Source of the DNA: Eledone cirrhosa
Taxonomy: Eukaryota
Assembly (NCBI GenBank): GCA_964016885.1
Contig: OZ024742.1
Span: 137,206,001 to 137,270,000 of the forward strand
Direction: 5' to 3'
DNA length: 64,000 bases
The translations under genes were made by a program, and so were the position numbers. The notes beneath the pieces are model-generated. The model did not search any database and was not told the origin of the DNA. It saw only the letters and a list, made by a program, of their open reading frames with translations. The number at the start of each line of letters is the position of its first letter. Positions within the stretch are counted from its first letter, which is position 1. This document shows, piece after piece, positions 13,268 through 23,934 of this stretch.

Positions 13268-13773
13268 ATTAAAGGTGGAAAACTGGGACAGGACACTTGC
13301 CTTGGTGGTCAGGGTCATTGTGGCCTTTTTACTGGGCTTTCTCAACAAATGTCCCTCCGAAGTCCCCCCCCCCCCTATTGGGGAATTTTTCATTTTTATT
13401 TTTTGTTACATCCTCTGTTTTTGTTTTTTACACGCAGAAATGCCCATTTGTACCGTCCTGTATTGTCCTGCACTGTCCTTAATGTCTACTTTATGTAAAC
13501 CCATGTGGTTAATAAAGAAATCATTATTATTATTATTACTATTATTATTATAAAAGAACAGGAGGCTGGACTGGTGTAGGAGATGTAGGAGGTAGGTGAG
13601 TATGTTGCTCGGAGGAACACCAAAAGTGTGAAACGGAATCTGTCAGCTTCTCTCCCTTCCTTTGCTGAAAAAAGGTGTAAGTGACATAGTCACTACTTTA
13701 AAATAATAGCGCAAGGTCTACAAAATGTTTTTAATTAAACATACAGTATATTACCAAATATATAATACATACA

Positions 13774-13827
<54 letters not shown>

Positions 13828-14406
13828 AGCAAATTTGGCACCAAATGTTCCTGTGTCTATAATAACAGTCTACAGACTACAATATAATTTCTACAATCAA
13901 TACTTAATCTCACACTTCCTCAGAAAGCTGAAGGTTTCAATGTTTGGGTGAAGTTTTCAATGTTTGCCAAAGGTCATATATGGTCAAAATGGCAGATAGG
14001 GTAGAAAGCGAAGGACATAAAAGGAAAGGGTGAAAGTTAGGATAGAATGGAAAAGGAGAAAGAATTAAGAAATTAAGAATGTTTGGAAAACTATTGAATT
14101 CGTAGCGTGAAAAGTTCAAATGGCACAGGTTAAATGTAATAAATAGGATGTAGTAAATTATAGGTATTAGAGATCGAATCCTGTTCTAGTCTAGTTTGCA
14201 TTTAGCGAAAGTGTTTATAATGTTATGTTTGCAATTAAATGCCCTATCATGCCGTGAAATTAGAAGGTCCTTTAGGGTTGTTATTTCAATAACTCCAGAT
14301 ATAATTCACAGGCATCTTTCATTCCGGTACGGACAGGCGAATTTCGACAGCAATGATTTTGGTGTGTATTCAATATTGGCGCGCTTCAGGTCCAAGACTT
14401 TTACAC

Positions 14407-14725
14407 CTTGGAAGCTTTAGCTGTGGCGCTGTGGCTATAGATTATTTCGGCTTCACTGTCATAAAACACCGCTCGCCTTGGAAGCTCTAGCTGTAAGTCT
14501 GAGGCGATAGCTTTCTCCGACTTCACTGTGCTAAAGAACCCCTCACATTGGAAGCTCTAAATGTGGCTCAGTGGCTATAGCTTTTCCCGGCTTCGCTGTG
14601 CTAAAGCATCGCTCACCTAGGAAGCTCTAGATGTGGTACTATAGCTAATACTTCCTTCGGCTTCGCTGTGATAAAGCCCCGTTTACCTAGGAAGCTCTAG
14701 CTGTGGGTCTGCGGCTATAGCTTCC
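14407..14725 (+). repeat. Minisatellite, ~70-bp unit x ~4.5
   Basis: GGAAGCTCTAGCTGTGG...GGCTATAGC...CGGCTTCGCTGTG recurs at ~14407, 14477, 14547, 14617, 14687. Confidence 0.85.
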
Positions 14726-14755
14726 ATTGGCTATAGCAGCCTTCATCACCATCAT

Positions 14756-14841
<86 letters not shown>

Positions 14842-14859
14842 AAACACACACACACATAT

Positions 14860-17600
14860 ATTTGGAACACCTTGGATTTGAAATTGAACCTTCTTAGGTC
14901 AAAGATCCTTCCCGTAGTTCTAACTTGTAAGAGAACACCCTTTACACATTCCTGGAATGCATGAGTCAGCATCACAGCAAAAAATATTGAAAACTGTGTG
15001 GGAGCCGGGACATCTCCCTGCATCACGCCATTATCAACTGCGATTTCATTGGACAATTATCCATTAAAGACAACCCGAGCCTTCATATTTCTGTGTAATC
15101 GGACGAACATATCAATAAACTTTGATGGGAACCCTATTTTCGTTAATATTTTCCTCGGTGCACCTTTCTTCACGTATCAAGTCCTTTGACAGATCAACAA
15201 AAACCTGATACTGAGGAATCCGCTGCTCAATACATTTCTCATGAATCTGCCTTGCAGTGAAGATTATACCAATCCTCCCTCTTCCAAATCTAAAGCCATT
15301 TTGTGATTCAGGGACTACTGTAGGACAAATGATCTCCATCAACCTGTTCAACAATAATCTACCAAGAAATTTGCCCACAGACTCCAACAGAGTGATGACA
15401 CGATAGTGATCGCAAATTCCTTTATTCCCTTTACCTTAAAACAAGATCACCAAGATACCTTCTCTCCAATCTGGTTGTATAGGATCTCCAGAACAGCACT
15501 CTGTGATGAGATGGAATATTGTTTGTGTTATGTTCTTATTACCAACCTTTAACAATTACACAGAGATTCCATCTGATCAAGGTACTTACACGTGTTTAAC
15601 TGGTTGATGGCCATTTTCACCTCATTATAATCTGGTATTCGATCAATTTTAAAATTTGAAACACATTGGGGATGTCATCTAGCACATCATTATCAAGCAG
15701 TGAAATATTCTTGGCAACGCTTAAGGGTTTTCTCTGATTCCTTGATGATGGCAATGTTATCTTTGTACCTTATGGGAACAATAGACGAAGTTGCTGGACT
15801 ATATACTGCACGCAAAGACGATAAAACAGTTTTGAACCCTTTTCGTTATAAGCACTTTCAATATCTTCAACCACCATTTATTTTTAAGCTTTCTCAGCTC
15901 ACGTTGTAAGCTTATATTGTTTATATGTCTTTTTAATATCAGTTAAATTCGTAGGGCACTCTCCCAAAAGCTTTTCATGAAGAAAATGTTTTTTCTTTGG
16001 CTGATAACCAGATTATTGTCATCAAACCAGTCTTTCTTTTTTCACCCTAAATCCAAGTTCTTCTGCTCCTGCTGTATACAATTGATCCCTGAAGTTTATC
16101 CACGTTCCATCGAAGTCAATATTATTCAAACGTTTATTCAAAGCCTCACGTACTGTTTTAACTTTCCAATATCAATACGCTTCAGTGTTTTGACCCCACA
16201 CATTCGAGATTTTTTCCGAACACGTAATTTAAACTTCCCCCAAACCATCTTATGGACTGTGTTGCATTCTGTACTACGCATGATATGTACATTACATGCA
16301 TCATTCAGGTCGCATCTCCGGGTTACTTTGAAATCTATTATAAGACCATCTTTTGACATTGGGTGTATCCAGGTAATTTTATGCTTCTTCTTTTGGCGGA
16401 AGAATGTATTGCAAATTGCTAGATTGAGTTTCGAACAGAGCTCAAGTAGCTTCAACCCATTGGCATTCATATTACCAATGCCATAATGGGCTAGTGCATA
16501 CCATGTCTCATGGTCTCTACCAACTCGGGCATTGAAATCACCAAGAATGATCACTTTTTCTTCGACTGGAGTAGATGCAATTGTAGCACAAAGGGATTCA
16601 TAGAATACTTTCATCACTGGCCTGGAGAGTTGCACATTGCCCACGTGCAAGTGGAATGTGCAATTTCATTATATGGTCACTGATTCTAGAGGGACACTCT
16701 AAATGTTGTGCTAGAATCTCTCGCACTGAAAAACCTACACAACCTTCTCGCCATTCTCTTTTTGATTTCCATATCCAGAAAAGTATGAAACCTGATGATG
16801 TTTCAGACAGCTGATCACACCTTGATAGACGTGTTTCTGACAAGGCTGCAATACCTATACTTAATCTTTGAAGTACCTTTGTTACCAGTGCGGTTCTTCT
16901 TTCTGGTTGGTTTGATGAATTTCCGTCCTGAAGGGTTCTGACATTCCAGCAGCAAATATTTAGTTTGATTCGATTTCTCATAAATGCTTTACTTTGCAAT
17001 TCACTTCTTTCTTTTCCTGCTTGAAAGAACCGCCAATAGCCGCAGTAAACTACGTAACGTTGATGTGACAGGCAATTTTCAATGCACCTTTTCTAGCACC
17101 TTCCTAAGAATGTGGGTGAGCAGTGCTCTCCGTGATAGGGCTACTCAGATACAGGCGTCTCCACCGGAGTTAGCCCCTGTCACATAATCGGAAGGCATAA
17201 CAACGATGTTATTATAAGACCCCTGACACCTCTGAGTAAATTTGCAACTATCTGCTTCCAACTGGTCAGGTCTGAACACTTCGCCACTCCTCATCACCAT
17301 AGTGCTTTCAGCTGTAAAAATGAAAAGATCACAAAAGAGACATCTGTGCATCATTGGATTATCGTGTCAAAGACTTGTATTAGACAAGCACCACTCTCTA
17401 AGATTCAGTGATTATTGTCTGGTGACAAGCCTAACTCAGATGACCAGTAATCACATCAATCACAGGTTTTATTTCAAAGTTTCCCGCTTAAAGAAAGATA
17501 CTGTAACAACAGATCGGGATCCTTCACTCCCAGTGGATTTATTTTTACCCATCTGTGGGCCACCACACCTGCAAACGAATTACAATGATTCGCTAAGTCT
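14860..17600 (-). mobile_element. RTE-clade LINE (BovB-like), degraded, 3' part lost
   Basis: CWNVRTL, AALSETR, ILGDFNARVG, NTFF, TWIHP (APE); PESQNGFR, FVDLSK, NGVMQGDVPAPTQFSIFF (RT); 5' boundary approximate. Confidence 0.85.
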
Positions 17601-17685
17601 TTCAAAACTTAGACCAGGGACTTGATACCATTTGAAAGTAAACAAAAAAAAGATTTTTAAAACGGTTTTAAAAGTTTTAAAGGGG

Positions 17686-17750
<65 letters not shown>

Positions 17751-18185
17751 AATGGCGTGCTGCGTGTTTACACATGGGTTACATATCTCTCTCGGCTGGC
17801 CACCTCCTCACTCTTTCACTCACTCACCGCTTCTATCCCTCTTTCACTTCCTCCCGTTTGACCTGTGTGAAATCCTTTTCTCGCTCACATCTCACACAGG
17901 TCGGATGGTCTTTGCCTCTCGTCTATGATTTCACCGAACTTAAGTTCATAGATATCTCGGACTTGTTTCTCCTATTCCTATCTTTCCGTTGCATTACCAT
18001 CTCCGTTTGTTTAAATTTCTCGCTCGCTTCAGCATAATTTTCGTGTCCAAAATAACCTTTTTTTAGTTATTGCTCGAACCAACCAGAGGTATATGATCTT
18101 TAACGCGAAGAAATACCAATGAAGGTTGGAAGATCACTGATGAAGGACTAATTTTATTCATATATATATATATATATATATCCAT

Positions 18186-18245
<60 letters not shown>

Positions 18246-18513
18246 GTATATAAGTACGTTATATAAAAACAACTGCGGCTTCGGAATCATCCGATGATGT
18301 TGACCAGTTCTCCTTTTCGAGTAGTGTTTTCGATGGTCAGAGAGTTGGATTGGTCGAGTGCAAGGCCTTTCCCCACTTCAAAAATCTTCAAAGCACAGGC
18401 ATTGCTTGTTCAGGATACGTTACAGTTAAGTGTGGCGAGCCGTAGCCTAAAAGTGCACCAAACTCTATAATCTGATAAGCGATTGCAATACTCTCAGCAG
18501 AGTTCGCAGCCAT

Positions 18514-18604
<91 letters not shown>

Positions 18605-18690
18605 TATTATTATTATTATTACTATATATATATATATATATTCTTTTACCTGTTTATATATATATATTTATTTAATATTATTATTATTAT

Positions 18691-18736
<46 letters not shown>

Positions 18737-18858
18737 CTACGGTCTTGATGGTTAAATTCCTTCCAATACAGGAATTGAACTATATATATATATATATATA
18801 TACAGTATATATTTATATATATATATATATATATATAGTAATAATAATAAATAAATAA

Positions 18859-18894
<36 letters not shown>

Positions 18895-18964
18895 ATGTAC
18901 GTGTGCATACTTACATGTATGTATGAGCTGTGCTCGAGCGAGAAATAATAAGTCTAATTTTATT

Positions 18965-19085
<121 letters not shown>

Positions 19086-19450
19086 TTCAGATCTCCCTTT
19101 CATAATAATTGTTTCCGAACTTGCAACATAATAACAACAGGATCACTCATACATCCTGCTTACAACAATGGACTAGACTAACTGAAGCCACCATACATAT
19201 TAATGTACCCTTACACACAAATACAAATAGGGGTGTAGAATCTCAGTTTAAAATGCTGTTATGAATAGCAACACTTAATATATTGAGATTTCCTATCATT
19301 TGTGTATACGCATATATATATATGTACATGGATATTTACATGTATCTATGTATAAATAAATACAGAGATTCTATCTAATGACAGATAAACATAGATACAT
19401 ACATACACACACATACATACATACTTACACACAAACACACACACATATAC

Positions 19451-19500
<50 letters not shown>

Positions 19501-19502
<2 letters not shown>

Positions 19503-20210
19503 TAGACCTCCAGTAGACAACTGATGAGGCAAACTCCCCCCCCCCCCGCTCACCGTTCTTGCTTTCTTCGTATTCCCACTGCATTTTAAGTTACCTTAAA
19601 TAGCAACTACACACCCATTTCTATTCTCCAAATATTACATCATGTTTTTCGCTGTGACCATTCTTCTCTCCCCTTCTACCTACCTATTTGGCCCCTTTCT
19701 ACTCTCACCCCTCTTTCTCCCTATCTACTCTTACCACACTTTCTTCCTCTCCCTTTCTCCCTCTCCCTTTCTCACTCTCACTTTCACCCCCTCGTCTGTC
19801 CGTTTACCAGTTCTCTTTTCACTTACAACTGCGGCCATCAGACGTGTGTCTTCTTTCTCTCGATTACTCGGTCTCGAACTTAAGTTCTTTTATCGAGTGG
19901 TCTTGGATTTCCTACCTATAGTTGCTCGCACATTGCTCGGTTTGTGTTTTTTTTTTCGGTGTTTCGTTACCGTTTCTCTTTTCTTCCCCTTTGTTTTCCT
20001 TCCCCCCTTCCTTCGTTTTCCCAATAACTTATCCAGTTATTGACGCCCTGGGGTGAAGTGGTATATCGTCTTTAAAGCGTAGAAATATCCTAGACCCCCC
20101 AGTAGACAACTGATGAGGAAAGCTCCCCCCCCCCCTGTTCTTGCTGTCTTCGTATTCCCACTGCATTTTACGTTACCTTAAATAGCAACTACACGGCCAT
20201 TTCAATTCTC
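19501..20210. mobile_element. ~700-bp non-coding element with ~120-bp terminal direct repeats, inside (TA)n (pLTR-like)
   Basis: CCTAGACC..CAGTAGACAACTGATGAGG...AAATAGCAACTACAC..CCATTTC at 19501-19627 and ~20089-20209. Confidence 0.65.
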
Positions 20211-20221
20211 TCTCTCTCTCT

Positions 20222-20297
<76 letters not shown>

Positions 20298-20835
20298 CAC
20301 ACATACATACATATACATACATACATGCAAACATACATGAAATGCATACATAAATATATACAGGGAAAGACAATCATTCATGAATAACTGTTCACATTTA
20401 GACACCGATTAACATATAGTGTGGCAGACAGTCGGCGCCAAAATGTCGGAAATTTTCCATAAATAAGTTGTTGTTCAAACGTTCGTCTTCTCTAATATAA
20501 TGTGAGTTACAGTGCCAATGTCCAGGGATTAACACAACTGACGGTTAGATAAACCGTATATAGCCAGAGACAATCTAGTCTTTTTATCTTAATTCTCCCC
20601 CAACAATACTATTAGCTACAATTGCTAAGTATGGTTTTACATGGTACTAGGCATATTGGAGGATGTAAGTGCACCAAATTACCCCTTATTGAAAGGAAAT
20701 ATTGCCGAGGAAACATTTTGTGTAGCTGCATCTTGTCTATATATGCTGACTATATGCTAGATGTACTAGTTGTGATAGTCGTGGTGGTGATAACGGCAGT
20801 GTTTCTGTAAGTGTTGTGATTGTATTGTTAATACT

Positions 20836-21028
20836 AATAATAATTGTTTCTACTTTAGGCACAAGGCCAGCAATTACCCAGTGCGTTACTGGTACTTTAT
20901 TTTATCGACCCCGTAAGGATGAAAGGCAAAGTCAACCTCGGCGGGATTTGAACTCAGGTCGTAAAGGGACGTAACTATGCTGGAAAGCATGGTGTCTGAC
21001 CCTCTACCGATACTGCCAATCCACCGCC
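20836..21028 (-). mobile_element. SINE family A, full length
   Basis: Minus strand GGCGGTGGATTGGCAGTATCGG (A box) ... GAGTTCAAATCC (B box) ... core ... ATT tail; 18-bp TSD GTTAATACTAATAATAAT at 20827 and 21141. Confidence 0.9.
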
Positions 21029-21523
21029 CAATCTAGCATATAGTCAGCATATATAGACAAGATGCAGCTACACAAAATGTTTCCTCGGCAATATTTCCTT
21101 TAAATAAGGGGTAAGTTGGTGCACTTACAGCCAATACACCGTTAATACTAATAATAATGCTTGTGGTTTGTTAATGTGATGGTTGGAAGTCATGTGCGTC
21201 CTACTTTGTTACTGTAAATGTAATTTTGGTAGTATTGCGCAGATGATTGTTGATATTGGCAAAGAGTTGTTCTTAATGACCTCAATAGATATTATATTAA
21301 GTCATACTAATTGTAACGGCTTTAGGGGAGTTAAAATAATAGCGAACCCAGTGGGGATACAGGCTATTAGACATGATATATGATGCAGGTGTTTCTGGTG
21401 TTGTCCACTCTACAAGTCATGCAGGCTTATGATGAAAAGTATTCAATTCACAGCTTATGATCTATCCGTATTTTTTGAAGACGGGAGGTTGTAATGAGGG
21501 TTTATGGTTGTCATATCCAGAAA

Positions 21524-21711
21524 ATAATTGTTTCTACTTTTGGCACAAGGCCAGCAATTACCCAGTGTATTACTGGTACTTTATTTTATCGACCCCGTAA
21601 GGATGAAACGCAAAGTTAACCTCGGAGGGATTTGAACTCAGAATGGAAAGGGCCGTAACTCTATGCGTCAAAGCATGGCGTCCGACCCTCTACCGATACT
21701 GCCAATCCACC
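21524..21711 (-). mobile_element. SINE family A
   Basis: Near-identical to the 20836-21028 copy. Confidence 0.9.
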
Positions 21712-22003
21712 ATGACCACGTTCAGGCTCCTTCATTGGCCACCCATGCTTCCTTCCCTTCAAAGAAGCTATGGGCTTGTGTCCCCTGTACGTTAATACCC
21801 ATCCTTTTTTTCCATTCAGAGGTTTTCTTTTAAATGCCAACTAACATACTAATTCTATGTAGTCAAATACGGCATAAGCACATGTTTCTTCCAAATTCGC
21901 CAGCCGTTTGTAAACAAAGCCAGTTTTGTATCTCCTTATTTTTATAGATACATATAGCTGCTATGGTCATATAGCTTCTAATTTAACGGAAGGAAGCATG
22001 GTT

Positions 22004-22075
22004 GACGTGCTGGTGTAATGGTAATACATTCATCCGGCAACCCAAAGATGTAGGTTCCTGTCCCATGTACGTCCA
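22004..22075 (+). pseudogene. tRNA-like sequence (pseudo-tRNA or SINE head)
   Basis: 7-bp acceptor stem GACGTGC/GTACGTC, D-arm GTGT/ATAC with TGGTGTAATGG A box, T-arm GTAGG-TTCCTGT-CCCAT; anticodon stem does not pair. Confidence 0.55.
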
Positions 22076-22214
22076 TGTTCATCTTTTTTTCCCATTCAGA
22101 AGCTTTTTTTTTTAAATCGCAACTAATTCTATGTAGTCAAATACGGCGTAAGCACCTGCTACTACCTAATTTTCAAATTTGCTAGCCATATGTTAACAAA
22201 GCTTGTTTTGTGAC

Positions 22215-22250
<36 letters not shown>

Positions 22251-22622
22251 TAGATATATACGTCAGGCATAACATCATGCCCCAAAAGTGACGATGTCCA
22301 ATTATTTCCGTCTGTATAGGCTTATATAACAAAATTGTTAAACAATATTTCATGTTCAAAACCCCGCATTGAAAAACTTTAATTCTCTCAGCTCTTCTAA
22401 ATATAAGATTGTTTATTTACCAACTGGTCAGTAGATGCAGCTAATATAACAGAACATTCTTCAGTCCACTTTGATGAAATAGGTTGCACTGTCTTCAGGT
22501 AGACAGCAAGTGAGAGTTTGAGTAACACAGGCAAGGCTGGTAATGATTTACTGTCTCTAGGTACTTATTTCGTCGATACTGTAAAATATAAGGTAATATA
22601 CATTAATATACATGTATATAAA

Positions 22623-22673
<51 letters not shown>

Positions 22674-22677
<4 letters not shown>

Positions 22678-23130
22678 AAATAGTAGTAAGAAAAAAGATT
22701 CTTTCAGTGGAAAATGTTGAAGAGATTATTATCAGTGAGATATCAAAACATTGATTATTTACAATACCGGTTTCAGCATTAAATACATTGCCAATTGAGG
22801 ATATACAGAATGTTTTTAAGTTGCATCATTTTTCTTCCGCATTTTATTTTCATTGTTTTCATTATTATTATTATCACTATTTGTGATAATAATAATAATG
22901 AATAATAGTAATACACTGGGTAGTTGCTGGCCTTGTGCCTAACGTAGAAACAATTATTATCACTATTTGTACAAATATGCAACTTAACAATATTCTACAT
23001 ATCCGCAATTGACAATGAATTTAATGCTGAAACCGTTATTGTAAATAAATTAATATTTTGATATCTCACTGAAAAGAATCTCTTCAACATTTTCTACTGA
23101 AATAATATTTTTCCTTTCTACTATTTGTTT
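22674..23130. repeat. Foldback element (~150-bp inverted arms) in (TA)n, with a SINE A 3' fragment in the spacer
   Basis: 22674-22826 is a diverged reverse complement of 22977-23130; SINE tail 22905-22958 with TSD ATTATTATCACTATTTGT. Confidence 0.8.
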
Positions 23131-23177
23131 TTATATATATCAACTCGTGTGTTACTTTTCTACATTCGATATATATA

Positions 23178-23345
23178 TAGGAAAATGTTCAAGATCCCGA
23201 CGGCAGAGCTCAAGCCGTTGAAACGGGTTGAGCTCTGCCGTCGGGGTCTTGAACATTTTCCTATTACCCACTCTACTACCCAAATTATCGAGGACTCTGG
23301 TGCGTTATGGTCCGCCTGGTCGCTTACCACACTTCCTTCGTTGTA
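23178..23345. mobile_element. Hairpin-ended short element related to the PLE terminus at 58108
   Basis: Near-perfect hairpin 23178-23263 (TAGGAAAATGTTCAAGATCCCGACGGCAGAGCTCAA and its reverse complement); same sequence at 58108 and 59745. Confidence 0.75.
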
Positions 23346-23710
23346 TATATATAGTATGTGTATGTATGTGTGATTAGTTTGATGTATATGAAAATATATC
23401 ACTATTTTTTTTTCCAGATTAGAGATTTGCACTTACCCCAATACGCCTCTCCGTGTGTGGTCTTAGCATGTGTTCTGTCAAAGCATAATACGTAGATCTG
23501 TTAGATAAATAATACAGCTACATACAATGTACATTCTAGAACAGAGGAGAGCTCTTTACGAACCAGATATGTGACATGAATTCAGTGCCAGAATATTGTC
23601 GCATCAATTCATTTATTCTTGAAAATGCATGCCATATACTGCATATTATTTCGCATACTATTTATTTATCTGTTATTTGTATTAAGTTACTGTTAACTTA
23701 TTTCATACAG

Positions 23711-23934
23711 GGAGCATTGCAAACGAAAGTAGAAATAATCATAATTTGACGAATAACAATATTAGTAACCTTGTCGCTTCTTCCACAATTCCGGGCTCCG
23801 CTGCCCACAATGCAGAGAATGTAGTTGACTACCGGAGTCTGACTGACCGCTTCGTATCTGCACCGATATTCGTCGAGACCTCTGTTGCACTGTTGATTTC
23901 TTCCATTAAATCGGAAAGACGGCGGTTCACTTGA
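23711..23934 (+). CDS. Possible 3'-terminal coding exon of an unidentified host gene
   Basis: Acceptor-like TTAACTTATTTCATACAG|G at 23710; open frame SIANESRNNH...SIKSERRRFT*; relatively GC-rich and non-repetitive in window; AATAAA at ~24145 and 24181; no domain recognised. Confidence 0.3.

Larger units (their letters stand above)
7470..13550 (+). mobile_element. Full-length Tx1/L1-type non-LTR retrotransposon, copy 1, flanked by (ATT)n
   Basis: 5'UTR + ORF1 + ORF2 (APE, RT, zf-RVT) + 3'UTR with AATAAA; (ATT)n at 7452-7469 and 13523-13550. Confidence 0.92.

Noticed and set aside
14407-14725. Repeat array as CRISPR
   Set aside because: Whole units are homologous with no unique spacers, eukaryotic context, no cas genes
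22004-22075. Functional tRNA-Ala(GGC)
   Set aside because: Anticodon stem unpaired and T-loop non-canonical; kept only as tRNA-like
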